Origin: Candidatus Bathyarchaeia archaeon
Lineage (GTDB): Archaea; Thermoproteota; CALKCG01; B24
Length of the DNA stretch: 64,000 bases
Direction of reading: 5' to 3'
Assembly: GCA_038870975.1 (NCBI GenBank)
Contig: JAVZJD010000002.1
Span: 256,001 to 320,000, forward strand
How positions within the stretch are numbered: the first letter of the stretch is position 1; each line of letters starts with the position of its first letter. Below, in pieces: positions 50,390-60,308 of the stretch. The translations under genes and the position numbers were made by a program. The notes beneath the pieces were generated by a model. That model was not told the DNA's origin, ran no database searches, and saw only the letters and a list, made by a program, of their open reading frames with translations.

Positions 50390-50938
50390 CTACTGCTTTA
50401 CGTTTATTTTTCTACGTTTCATGAGAAGATCCGAAAGAACATCGTAAGCTATGAGTATTATGAGGAATACTGCGATGCTTAATCTAACCCACATCTCTTG
50501 GAAAATCATCGGTATGAATCCTACAAATCTGACCCAGAAGAATACTTTCCCAACCACATATCTTGCGTCGAAGTCTTTCTCCCAATACCAAGATGAAAGA
50601 TTGTTATCGCCCTTTGTCGTCACTAAAATCCTCCCATTAACCCTCTTCAAGTCGATAATCCTGTGGACTATGTATTCGCCTTTACCAACGGGTTTTACGA
50701 AGACTATTATATCTCCCTTTTTTAACTCCTCTGGTTTGACGCCTCTTACGAAGAGTAGATCTCCCACTTTTAACGTCGGATACATACTACCCGATGCTAC
50801 GTAAACAATTGGGTTCTCTGTAAGGAAGACGTATTTGGCGAGAGTCCATAACGAGTAAACACTAAGGAATATTAAAACAGCTAATATGACAAGCTTAATC
50901 GAGGGGTCTAACATTTTAATCTTGTCTTTAAGCTTCAA
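50390..50938 (-). CDS. Signal peptidase I (Sec11/S26B type)
   Basis: VASGSMYP, GDL, IVHRI, TKGDNN. Confidence 0.93.
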   Translation of the reverse strand: MKLKDKIKMLDPSIKLVILAVLIFLSVYSLWTLAKYVFLTENPIVYVASGSMYPTLKVGDLLFVRGVKPEELKKGDIIVFVKPVGKGEYIVHRIIDLKRVNGRILVTTKGDNNLSSWYWEKDFDARYVVGKVFFWVRFVGFIPMIFQEMWVRLSIAVFLIILIAYDVLSDLLMKRRKINVKQ

Positions 50939-51134
50939 CCTTCAACTGAAGATACCTAGTGAGGATATATAAAACTATAGATGCGAGGGCTGGTATGTGA
51001 ATACAGAAAAGCTCAAACGACTCATCAAGTATTCGGAACCCAGTAATCCTAGTGGCAATGAAGAACAGCGATAATAACGTTAAAGTTACCGTGGAAAACT
51101 TTAAAGTTTTAGAATTTTCACTCGACATACTCAT
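50928..51134 (-). CDS. Small two-TM membrane protein
   Basis: Hydrophobic 68 aa between rpoK and the signal peptidase. Confidence 0.5.
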   Translation of the reverse strand: MSMSSENSKTLKFSTVTLTLLSLFFIATRITGFRILDESFELFCIHIPALASIVLYILTRYLQLKVEA

Positions 51135-51150
51135 GTACCTTCTCAGGTTT

Positions 51151-51375
51151 TTACAGAAGCCACTTCAGCGGAATGTCCTGGTAAGTTCCGTCTGGAAGCC
51201 TCCTACGGACTGTTATAGGTAGAACACCCTTCTCCAATTCGTAGAGAGCTATTTCCACTGGGTCTTTAATATTCTCTGGAAGCTTTACGAGAATAGGAGC
51301 ACCCATAGATATTTGAAGAGCTCTAGCTCCAACAATCCTAGCCCTTTCATACTTAGTCAACCTAGGAGGACCGAT
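51151..51375 (-). CDS. rpoK: RNA polymerase subunit K (Rpo6), start unresolved
   Basis: [37 protein letters not shown]. Confidence 0.93.
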   Translation of the reverse strand: MGPPRLTKYERARIVGARALQISMGAPILVKLPENIKDPVEIALYELEKGVLPITVRRRLPDGTYQDIPLKWLL

Positions 51376-51703
51376 TGAAACCTTTCCCGAGGGTTTTGAA
51401 AAACCCTCTTCACTTTTCTCAACAACTGTCCTATTGATTCCCCCCTTAGGTCTACCGTCAAAGTAGCTTATCTTAAAAGCGATATGGAAACGCTATAAAG
51501 ACCCATATAAATCTTTTCATTTTTCAGCAAACCTTTACATTTTAACGAGCCCTCTTTTTGGAAACGATTACTTCGTTAAAAGTCATGGAATAGTTCTCCT
51601 ATGAATACATCAGACTTAGAGAACCGAGGACGGTAGGCTTGGATAATATACCGTTGGTTTTCAATTTCCTAGCTATTCAAAGTTTGCCTAAAGTCCCTTC
51701 CAC

Positions 51704-51794
51704 GTAGACACTACACATAGAAGCGTTTGATTAGAAAACCTAAGACGGTTTTTGGCTTCGGTCTGTACTTTCTCCATCTAATTTCCATAGATTT
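51704..51794. repeat. Dispersed degenerate repeat, copy B
   Basis: Aligns ungapped to 14185-14275. Confidence 0.85.
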
Positions 51795-51929
51795 ATGAGT
51801 TTTTGACCAACCCTTCCCCCCTTAACCTTCATGCTTTGCTTTCTCCCAGCCACATCTTCGTTAGTGTCTTAGATACCTCACGGGCAAGCAGGGCTAAAGC
51901 CTTCTACAGTCTTAGGCTTTGGAGGAATA

Positions 51930-52266
51930 ATTGTTATTCCTGGGCTTCGCTCCAAAGAGGAGTAGAGTAGGCCGTTCAAGTAGCGGATGGCTTCGACGGT
52001 CTTACCATAGATGAGAAGGAGCTTACAAATTTGGAAAACTCCCTCCTAAACCCTTCTGTAGGGATTGCGAATTGTGTATGCCGTGCTCTGAGGGTATCGA
52101 TATACCTACGATCCTGAGGCGGGACGTTTATCGCACTTTTTACGGTATAAAGAGGCGGACTAGGGATCAGTACCAGAAGTTACGGACAAAGGTAGAGGAT
52201 TGTACTGAATGTGAGAAAAGTTCTATATCGTCTCCCGGTCATCCATATGCTAAAAGAAGCAGATAG
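51930..52266 (+). pseudogene. C-terminal fragment of an aldo/keto reductase with 4Fe-4S tail
   Basis: IVIPGLRS, CRDCELCMPC..GIDIP, DCTEC, broken by frameshifts and stops. Confidence 0.7.
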
Positions 52267-52379
52267 GAGACTAGGATAGGTTATTCAAGTAGAAGCCATA
52301 CCTAGGACTTTAATTTCCAAACTTTTTATCTACTATTGAGTCATATAAGGAGTAGGAGAGGCTTTTTTCATAGATTACG

Positions 52380-52673
52380 TTACTCCTCCTTTTTGAATTC
52401 TCTTAGAGCCATAATCCATGGATAGATTGCTGTTATTGCAAATCCAACCATTGGACTGTAGTCGTAGAGTATATAACCAGTCTTATAAAGAAGAAGCCAT
52501 ATAAGGTAGGATATGAACGTCGCCATGAACAACCCTGAGGAAAACCTCAGCATTCTTATCTTCTTAGACTTTTCACCCTTATACGTTACGGCGTAGTGAC
52601 TAACAGATAGAGAACACGCTACAACCAACCACCATGTTACAAACCAAAACAGCGGATCCACAGCTATAGACAA
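52380..52673 (-). CDS. Small three-TM membrane protein
   Basis: Hydrophobic helices; 6 nt downstream of the preceding gene. Confidence 0.6.
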   Translation of the reverse strand: MSIAVDPLFWFVTWWLVVACSLSVSHYAVTYKGEKSKKIRMLRFSSGLFMATFISYLIWLLLYKTGYILYDYSPMVGFAITAIYPWIMALREFKKEE

Positions 52674-52679
52674 GCCCCC

Positions 52680-52898
52680 TTAATCGCTAACTCCGAGTAA
52701 GAATTTAAGTTGCGTAATCCTATCCATAACTTCAACTATTTGACGCTCCACATCGTATCGACTTCTCTTATAGGCTTCTTCGTCAAGCTCACCACTTTCA
52801 TAGCGTTTTTTAAGCTTCTGCAATTCATCAACAAGCCGATCTCTCTCTTTTAAAAGCCTCCTATACTCCCTTTCAACATTCTTATCTCCAGCCATCAA
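52680..52898 (-). CDS. Small coiled-coil protein with SHOCT-like segment
   Basis: LKKRYESGELDEEAY. Confidence 0.65.
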   Translation of the reverse strand: MMAGDKNVEREYRRLLKERDRLVDELQKLKKRYESGELDEEAYKRSRYDVERQIVEVMDRITQLKFLLGVSD

Positions 52899-52948
52899 GA
52901 GGATAACACCTAAATTCTTTATTACCGGAAACCGTTATAAGTTTATAT

Positions 52949-53311
52949 GTGAAAGACTCGACATACAAGATTGTCTTTGAATTCGAGGGAGGGGTTAAAG
53001 TCCACGGTGAATTTTCAAGAATATACGCCCCTATTACAGTTAGTCGCTTAGTGTCAAGTTTACCTTTGAATGGCAGAGTAGAGGCTTTGAAAGGATGGCT
53101 CTACTTCACAGTGGATATAAGCCTAAGACCTGAGAAGCCAAAATTCAACTGCGAACCCAGATGGATAGGATACTGGCCTCTAGCTAAAGCCATCTGTCTA
53201 TTCTACGAGAAAACGAGTTTAAAATCTCCGGTGAATAGGATAGGCTCTATTTCAGATTTCGCACTGACACGTATACCTTCAGGTGTAAGAGTGAGAATTA
53301 GACCCGTCTAA
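52949..53311 (+). CDS. Cyclophilin-like fold protein (TM1367/DUF369-like)
   Basis: APITV..LP, LYF, IGYWP..AICLFY, SPVNRIG. Confidence 0.75.
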   Translation: MKDSTYKIVFEFEGGVKVHGEFSRIYAPITVSRLVSSLPLNGRVEALKGWLYFTVDISLRPEKPKFNCEPRWIGYWPLAKAICLFYEKTSLKSPVNRIGSISDFALTRIPSGVRVRIRPV

Positions 53312-53634
53312 ACCCCAGCAAACTTGAATACTCTTATCCGATTATTGCCTGAAACTGGCGTAATATACCCCTTCTTCCAAAGCTCCTCCAAAATATCCTT
53401 AGCAACACTTATCTTTACTTTAAACTTTGAAGCTACTTCAAACGGCGTTATCACCTTCATCGTTGAAACCTCTTTAACAAGTCTATCACCATCCATATCT
53501 ATGAATAGCCCCTTAGTAGAGACATCTGTCACTCTAGCCCTTTCCGAGGGCTTTTCTTTTTTAACTTCTTTCTTCTCTTTCACAGTCTGAGATTTAGCCA
53601 TTTGAGAAATAGATTTTTTCTTAACGCCACCCAC
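53308..53634 (-). CDS. rps25e: 30S ribosomal protein S25e (eS25)
   Basis: MGGVKKK, VITPFEVASKFKVKISVAK..L. Confidence 0.88.
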   Translation of the reverse strand: MGGVKKKSISQMAKSQTVKEKKEVKKEKPSERARVTDVSTKGLFIDMDGDRLVKEVSTMKVITPFEVASKFKVKISVAKDILEELWKKGYITPVSGNNRIRVFKFAGV

Positions 53635-53822
53635 GCCAAATTAAGGATAAACGTTTCATTAATAAACTTTTCAGTTGCCTTTACGCAGAGGATGTTTGAC
53701 TCATAAAAAGGGCTAACCCAGCTTGCCGAGGTTATTCGCAGAGGCTGAAAAATAGTAATATTTTTTAGGTGTAAATTCGACTCTAAATTCACGTCAAGTT
53801 AAATAGGTAGGTTGAGAATGAC

Positions 53823-54806
53823 TTGTTCGAAGAATGGGGATTACTGGGAAATACATTAATTCTTCTGGCTTCTTTTGTTATTCTCGATAAGGCAAGCGAT
53901 TGGACAATAACCAATGCCGTTAGAGTGTCAGATATAACTGGTGTTGGAAAAACGACGACGGGCTTCATCTTGGTGGCCTTTTCTACGTCTCTGCCAGAAC
54001 TCTTCATCTCCATTTTCGCAACATTAGATGAAAAACTCATAGGAATTGCTATTGGAAATGTCTTAGGTTCAAATATCGTAAACATTAGCCTTATACTGGG
54101 TATGTGCTTCCTTTTGATTGCCTTAAAAAGCTCAGATATCTTAAAAATTCTACCAGTAATGGTAGAGGAGGAGGTTGGAAAGCTACATTTTGGACTTTTC
54201 ATTTCTTCAATCATCCCATTGTCATTGATCTACATTGGCTATGCGAGTAGGTTCGTTGGAGCTATTTTACTTATCATTTTTATATACTATGTGTATAAGC
54301 TTTCAGAAGTTAAACGTATAAAAGAAGAGGGTTCTCTTGGTGAAGAAAGACAAAGAGTTCCCAAGTACGTACTTTTAACGGTTACAGGCGCTGTGATTGT
54401 GGTTGTAAGTTCTCATCTTATTGTGAGCGCCTCTTCTTACATAGCCGAAGTCTTAGGGATACCAAAGGTTGTCATAGGTGCTACAATAATTGCCTTTGGC
54501 ACTAGTTTACCAGAACTAATGACGAGTATAGATTCTACTCTAAAGGGGCATATAGACCTGGCTCTAGGTAATATTATCGGAAGTTGCTTTACAAACATAA
54601 CGTGTATTCTAGGTGTCGCTCTTCTTGGTTCAAATTTAAGGGTTAATATGGCTGCTTTTTCCAACTTAGTTACATTTTCACTCATGACAAACCTTTTACT
54701 ATGGTACTTTCTATCAAGTGGGAGAATAGGCTGGAGGGAGGGGGTAATTCTGATTTTCATGTATACTGTATTCATTTTAGTAAGCTATGGCGGTTATAGG
54801 GCTTAA
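53823..54806 (+). CDS. Ca2+/cation antiporter (CaCA, YrbG-like)
   Basis: Two alpha repeats STSLPE/GTSLPE and GNVLGSN/GNIIGS. Confidence 0.92.
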   Translation: MFEEWGLLGNTLILLASFVILDKASDWTITNAVRVSDITGVGKTTTGFILVAFSTSLPELFISIFATLDEKLIGIAIGNVLGSNIVNISLILGMCFLLIALKSSDILKILPVMVEEEVGKLHFGLFISSIIPLSLIYIGYASRFVGAILLIIFIYYVYKLSEVKRIKEEGSLGEERQRVPKYVLLTVTGAVIVVVSSHLIVSASSYIAEVLGIPKVVIGATIIAFGTSLPELMTSIDSTLKGHIDLALGNIIGSCFTNITCILGVALLGSNLRVNMAAFSNLVTFSLMTNLLLWYFLSSGRIGWREGVILIFMYTVFILVSYGGYRA

Positions 54807-55120
54807 AACATCCATGACAATGAACGTTTATAATGATTCGTAAATGGTAAAGGTCTTTAATTGGAAATCCATGTTAATCCAACAAGGTTCTTCAACAGGA
54901 CGTTATACGGCGTTTACAAAAGAAATATAAATCTCTTTAACTTATAGAGGGATTAAACCATGATGTTTTTAAACATTTACCGAGTCTACTCGCTTTAAAC
55001 GCATTAATTGAAAGAGTAGTATTTCACGAGATGAGTTAATAGTGATTAGGGAATACTACAAGCTTTCAAAAGACAACTGTAAAAACCTTGATTAATGTAG
55101 GTAGTCTTCTAAAGAAACGC

Positions 55121-55309
55121 ATGAGGCTCGTAACAGTTAAAATACCAGAGGCTCTTCTAGAAGACATAGATGAACTAGTTAGAGTAGGACTATATCCAAA
55201 TAGAAGCTCTGTTATAAGAGCGGCTGTAAGAGACCTTGTTAGGAGGGAACTTTGGGATAGAGGTGGTGGAAGCTACAGAAGGGCTTTAAACAGCAGTAGA
55301 TCTCAATAG
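55121..55309 (+). CDS. Ribbon-helix-helix (CopG/CdrS-like) transcription regulator
   Basis: MRLVTVKIP...[15 protein letters not shown]. Confidence 0.88.
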   Translation: MRLVTVKIPEALLEDIDELVRVGLYPNRSSVIRAAVRDLVRRELWDRGGGSYRRALNSSRSQ

Positions 55310-55320
55310 CTCTTAAACGT

Positions 55321-56076
55321 TCAAACACTAAATGAGGATATTTCTTTAAATTTTAAAGATGCACTCCAAGGGTTTTCACTTAAGCATATAGCTCTACCAA
55401 TTATAAGGTATGTAGCCCCTGCATTTAAAGCATCTTTAGGAGAGCCCCCTTGAAAAACTACGCCTGGTGAGAATATTGGCATATCCGGTCCAACGATTTC
55501 ACGTACTTCACGTATTATGCTTGGTCTGGTAGCACCTACTATTAAGCCGTCAACCCTCCAACTTTTAGCCTTCTCAACTAATGAAAGGTACTGTTTTCTT
55601 GTCGTTTTATCCACTTCCACTATGAGTTGCCCAAATGTTTCTTCAGCCCCCATATTACTCATATATATTAACGGCAGTACTCCTCTACCCCTCTTCTTCG
55701 CCTCCTCCAAAACTGAATCCAAACCATCCTTGAAACCTACGAATGGATTTACTGTTAAAGCGTCAAAGCCAGCGTCGAAGTAGAGTTTAGCAATGATTCT
55801 ATTAACATGACCAACGTCGCTCAATTTACAATCCATTATGACGGGTAAGCCTATCTCATGTGATTTCTTAACGAGTTTAGATACACCATCCTGCAGCCCA
55901 AGAATCAGTATTGTTGGCATTCCTATTTTAAAGGCACAAACGTTTTCAGATGTCTCCATCATAATCCACAGTGTTTTCTCGTAAAGCTTTTCTTTAGAAA
56001 ATTCAGGTATGTCTAGGGCGAGTACAACCCTGGATTTTCTCTCTCTACTGCTTTTCTCAATTTCGAGGTTGAACAT
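55321..56076 (-). CDS. pyrF: Orotidine-5'-phosphate decarboxylase
   Basis: LALD, DCKLSDV, VGAT, SPG, IIGR. Confidence 0.93.
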   Translation of the reverse strand: MFNLEIEKSSRERKSRVVLALDIPEFSKEKLYEKTLWIMMETSENVCAFKIGMPTILILGLQDGVSKLVKKSHEIGLPVIMDCKLSDVGHVNRIIAKLYFDAGFDALTVNPFVGFKDGLDSVLEEAKKRGRGVLPLIYMSNMGAEETFGQLIVEVDKTTRKQYLSLVEKAKSWRVDGLIVGATRPSIIREVREIVGPDMPIFSPGVVFQGGSPKDALNAGATYLIIGRAICLSENPWSASLKFKEISSFSV

Positions 56077-56203
56077 TCCAACTATAAATCGACGAAGTGA
56101 GATTTAAGTTTCTAGTGTTGAAAAACCATGTAACTCTAGCATAGCGACTGTTTTAAGAGGAAACTGCAACTTTAAAAAGGCCTCCTTCAAAGAAATCTTC
56201 TAT

Positions 56204-56956
56204 ATGGGGTATGTAAAAGTCGGTTGTTGCGGCTTCCCACTTAAGGGTGGGATGAAAGCTTATTTCGAGAAATTCAATCTCGTAGAACTCCAGTCAACCT
56301 TCTACAGACTACCTAGATTGAATACTGCTAAGAATTGGAGGGCTCAGGCCCCAGAAGGATTCGAGTTTTCTATGAAAGGCTTCCAAGGTTTAACCCATCC
56401 AACTAGCAGTCCAACCTGGAGGAGGAGTGGTTTAAAACTTAACTCTGAAGAGTCTAAAGAAGCTGGTTTTCTAAGACCGACTAAGGTCAATTTCGAGTAT
56501 TGGAAACAGACGAGAAGTGTAGCCGAAGCCTTAAACGCTAGAGTCGTAGTTCTTCAGTGCCCACCATCATTCACGTGTACAGATGAAAACATCGAATCTA
56601 TGATAATGTTCTTTAAGACTATTGATCGTGGAAAACTCGTAATTGGATGGGAGCCTAGACACGGCTCTTGGAGCTCAGACGTAATAAGAGAACTATGTAT
56701 GAAGCTTAATCTGATACACGTAGTGGACCCGTTTAAATCTGAAACGCAGACATGCGATTTAAACCCAATCTACTATAGGTTGCATGGTTTAGGACCCAGA
56801 CCATATAACTACAGGTATACAGATGAGGATCTAAAAGTACTATATGAACGTTATGTTAAACCACTTCAAAACCGTGGGTTAGACGTCTACATACTCTGGA
56901 ACAACATATACATGGGAGAAGACGCTTTGAGGTTTAAACAAATGTACTTAATCTAG
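56204..56956 (+). CDS. DUF72 family TIM-barrel protein
   Basis: VGCCGF, VELQSTFY, QCPPSF, WEPR, YYRLHG, WNN. Confidence 0.88.
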   Translation: MGYVKVGCCGFPLKGGMKAYFEKFNLVELQSTFYRLPRLNTAKNWRAQAPEGFEFSMKGFQGLTHPTSSPTWRRSGLKLNSEESKEAGFLRPTKVNFEYWKQTRSVAEALNARVVVLQCPPSFTCTDENIESMIMFFKTIDRGKLVIGWEPRHGSWSSDVIRELCMKLNLIHVVDPFKSETQTCDLNPIYYRLHGLGPRPYNYRYTDEDLKVLYERYVKPLQNRGLDVYILWNNIYMGEDALRFKQMYLI

Positions 56957-57378
56957 CTCTATGCATTTAAGCCAAGGATTGACCACGTTCTCACCGGCGT
57001 TCAGACTTCTAATGATTTATAAGCTTCTCAACTTCCACAGATTACATGGAAGTTTCACATCTAATGGACTCGTCCTATAGCGGTCATTCTCCTGACCTCT
57101 AATCCAATTGGGTCAACAGAGTATTTGCAGAGCAGATTTATTGGAGCACCTGGACGACGTTCGGTTGAAATCTCCATATAATCGTGCATTTTTACAATTA
57201 CCTCCTCTTCCTCTTTTAGAAAGAGAAATAATTATAGTTTCTCTACGACACCATACAACCTTACAACGATTCGCATTGAAATACCATCAAAATATGTAAT
57301 CTAGAGTTTAAAACATTGAAGATACTTTATTGGAAATCTCAAGAAACTATTTATTCCCCTGTAGCATTATTTAAAATT

Positions 57379-58515
57379 GTGGATTTCCAACGAGTTGGAG
57401 TGGCAGATCTAATTCTCCACAACGGTAAAGCTCCTTCATGGTTAACGAGGCGAATGATCAAATTAGGCAGTATTGTGGTTAAGTTGATCATAGATGAGCA
57501 GGGCCATCGAGAATTTCTACGAAGACTTTCCAACCCGGTTTGGTTTCAAGCTTTATCTTGTGCACTTGCCTATGATTGGGATAGTAGCGGTACTACAACG
57601 GTGCTTTGCGGCGTTTTAAAGAACGTACTTAATGGGCAGGATTTGGGTGTTAAAGCTGTTGGAGGAAAGGGGAAACTTTCACAATTAAGCCTCAATGAGA
57701 TAGATGAGTTGAGTAGAACTTACGATTTCTCTGAGGAGGAAAGTAAACGGCTTAAGTATGCGAGTAGAATGACTGCGAAGATCGATAATGTAGCTGTTCA
57801 AGCAGGTTATAGGCTCTATCACCACATGATGTTTATATCAAACGATGGGGATTGGACTGTTGTCCAACAAGGTATGAATCCCAATTTGAAGACGGCTAGA
57901 AGGTTTCACTGGCTTTCGGGAAGTTTTAAGAGCTTCGTCGTTGAACCACACAGCGGAATAATGGGCAGTATGGTACATAAAAACGTCCTCAATACTATAG
58001 CCAAAGATTCTGAAGACTTCAGGAGGTTGGTAGTAGACCTTGTTAAAGACGGGGCTGAAAAACTAAGAAGAACACTTCTATCGATTCGAGTAGAGGGGCA
58101 GGAGACGCTCTCTAAATGGATGTTTGGTGTAACGGAAACATCCATTATAAAGGCGTATAGAGTAGATCCTAAAAGCGTAAATTGGGATGCTCTTAAGAAA
58201 GCCTATGAAGCCACTCCGAACAACTATGAAGAACTTTTAGCGGTCAGAGGAATAGGTCCATCAACTGTTAAAGCTCTTGCGCTAATTTCAGAGCTTGTTT
58301 ACGGTGTTGAACCCAGCTGGAAAGACCCTGTTAAGTATACTTTTGCATTCGGAGGGAAGGATGGTATTCCATTCCCCGTGAAGCGACGAGAGTACGATGA
58401 AGCTATAAGTTTCCTTGAAGATGCAATATTTAAAGCCAAACTTGGAGATAGGGATAAGATTGAAGCCCTTAAAAGACTTAAAAACTACGCCTCAAAAATT
58501 CAACTCGTATTATGA
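57379..58515 (+). CDS. DUF763 family protein (contains HhH motif)
   Basis: LH.GKAP.WL, DWDSSGTTT, WTVVQQGMN, RGIGP, FAFGGKDG; start uncertain (57316-57379). Confidence 0.88.
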   Translation: MDFQRVGVADLILHNGKAPSWLTRRMIKLGSIVVKLIIDEQGHREFLRRLSNPVWFQALSCALAYDWDSSGTTTVLCGVLKNVLNGQDLGVKAVGGKGKLSQLSLNEIDELSRTYDFSEEESKRLKYASRMTAKIDNVAVQAGYRLYHHMMFISNDGDWTVVQQGMNPNLKTARRFHWLSGSFKSFVVEPHSGIMGSMVHKNVLNTIAKDSEDFRRLVVDLVKDGAEKLRRTLLSIRVEGQETLSKWMFGVTETSIIKAYRVDPKSVNWDALKKAYEATPNNYEELLAVRGIGPSTVKALALISELVYGVEPSWKDPVKYTFAFGGKDGIPFPVKRREYDEAISFLEDAIFKAKLGDRDKIEALKRLKNYASKIQLVL

Positions 58516-58558
58516 ATAGATTTTACATGAGAAGTGAAGCGTAATCCACTTTGACTAC

Positions 58559-59308
58559 TTATTGAAAGTATTGGATATTGAGCCTATCTACAACGTTAGA
58601 TAAATTCAATCCTCTATCTTCAGCTATCATTGTTAGGTGGCGCACAGTTGTAGGCTCTATACTTAGAAGTCTACACACAGCCAAGTCTACTGTGAATGGA
58701 TCTACGCCGAATAGGACTTCATCCTTTACTTCAGCTATATGTAAACCTTTAGGGACTACTTTAACGAGGTCTGCCAAAACTTTATCAACACCCTTCGCAT
58801 GATAATTTAAAAACTTAGATTTAACAATCAAAAGTCCAAACATGTTCTTAACGCAGCACGTCAATCTTGTCGTTGGATGGCTTCCAGCTCTGGCGAGGTT
58901 TATGAATAACCCTGTTTCCATCAAAACTGATGGAAGAGGGAGAGAAGCACATGCTCTATGTTTTATTACGTTGACGTTAACTTTACCGTACTCAGAGAAA
59001 TCTACGAGTTTAACACCTTGAATATCCCTCAATTTCTCATAAAGAGATAGGCTTTTAAACCTCTCTTTGGGTGAATGCATGGTGCTTGCTGTATCACCTA
59101 CGTAAATAGTTTTCGCATAATTCCCAGCGTATAACATCGTAGCCTTTAATAGGTCGGGGTTGGGAGGGTAGAAGCCGCAGATATTGGGTTTAACTACGGC
59201 TACATCGCATCGACTTGGCTTAAAGCCAGTTGCTTCAGCTAATTGGTTGAAAGACTTTATGGCTGAATCGATGTCTGCGATAACTATTGTGAAAATTTCA
59301 CCAGACAT
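58559..59308 (-). CDS. DUF362 family protein
   Basis: VKPN, VGD, H..TRLTCCVKNMFG. Confidence 0.75.
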   Translation of the reverse strand: MSGEIFTIVIADIDSAIKSFNQLAEATGFKPSRCDVAVVKPNICGFYPPNPDLLKATMLYAGNYAKTIYVGDTASTMHSPKERFKSLSLYEKLRDIQGVKLVDFSEYGKVNVNVIKHRACASLPLPSVLMETGLFINLARAGSHPTTRLTCCVKNMFGLLIVKSKFLNYHAKGVDKVLADLVKVVPKGLHIAEVKDEVLFGVDPFTVDLAVCRLLSIEPTTVRHLTMIAEDRGLNLSNVVDRLNIQYFQ

Positions 59309-59393
59309 CTAACTATTTAATAGCTCGATGTCTTTTTTTAAGTTTCCCAAGAGGATAAAACTTTATCTCAACTTATCTCGAAGACTAATAGAT

Positions 59394-60308
59394 ATGGATA
59401 AACCCGTAGTAGCGGTATCTAAAGGAGCCAACAGGTATGATACGGTTAGGAAAACCCTAGAACTCATATATGACGATATAGCTGAAAGTATTAAAGGAAA
59501 ACGTAAAATCCTCATAAAACCTAACTTCGTATCGGATAGCATACAACTAGCCGCTACGCATGTAGACGTCGTTAAGGCAATCCTCGATACGATCACACCT
59601 CTAACCACTGGAGAAGTTCTAATAGGAGAGGGGTCTTACGGAGATACATTTAAAGGGTTCAGAAGCTTCGGCTACTTGAAGCTTAGAAGCGAGTATGGAG
59701 TAGAACTAATAGATTTAAACAGCGACGAATACGTCGAAGTTAGTATCTTCGACGGGAAGTTTAGAGAATTCCCAATAAGAATTTCTAAAACCGTCTATGA
59801 GAGTGATTACAGAATATCAGCCGCAGTCATGAAAACACACGACTTTGTCATCGCAACATTATCCATAAAAAACATGGCTGTTGGAAGCATAATTAAACCT
59901 TTTAAAAGTAGAATTCATCAAGGCTACCCAGCTATAAACCTGAACATATACAAAATAGCCAAATTCATACCTATACATTTAGCAGTCGTAGATGCTTTCA
60001 AAGCTATGGAGGGGGATGGGCCGGTTTGGGGTAGTGAAGTTTCAATGGGGGTGGCATTAGCTGGTTTAGACCCTGTAGCAGTGGACTCAGTAGCCGCTTA
60101 TATTATGGGGTTTGATCCAATGAACATAGGGTATATATACTATTGCCACAAGTTTGGGCTTGGAAACGCAAACATCGAAAACATAAAAATAATCGGTGAA
60201 AACATTGAAACAGTAAAGAGGAGGTTTAAACCTCATAGGAGCATCGATAAACAGCTCAATTGGAGGATCCCTCAAGAACTACTATCCCAATTAGATCTAG
60301 ATCCCTAG
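59394..60308 (+). CDS. DUF362 family protein
   Basis: ILIKPN, IGEG, MKTH, LSIKN, MEGDGP, DPVAVD. Confidence 0.85.
   Translation: MDKPVVAVSKGANRYDTVRKTLELIYDDIAESIKGKRKILIKPNFVSDSIQLAATHVDVVKAILDTITPLTTGEVLIGEGSYGDTFKGFRSFGYLKLRSEYGVELIDLNSDEYVEVSIFDGKFREFPIRISKTVYESDYRISAAVMKTHDFVIATLSIKNMAVGSIIKPFKSRIHQGYPAINLNIYKIAKFIPIHLAVVDAFKAMEGDGPVWGSEVSMGVALAGLDPVAVDSVAAYIMGFDPMNIGYIYYCHKFGLGNANIENIKIIGENIETVKRRFKPHRSIDKQLNWRIPQELLSQLDLDP

Noticed and set aside
51380-51420. BHB intron or canonical -1 frameshift supplying the rpoK start
   Set aside because: Flanks do not form the central 4-bp helix, and the slippery-looking heptamers are in the wrong frame
53684-53745. CGCAGAGG direct repeat or riboswitch upstream of the CaCA antiporter
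   Set aside because: Only 8 bp and no recognisable aptamer
56957-57315. Third repeat copy or 63-aa ORF between DUF72 and DUF763
   Set aside because: Similarity limited to a few bases; ORF has no motifs
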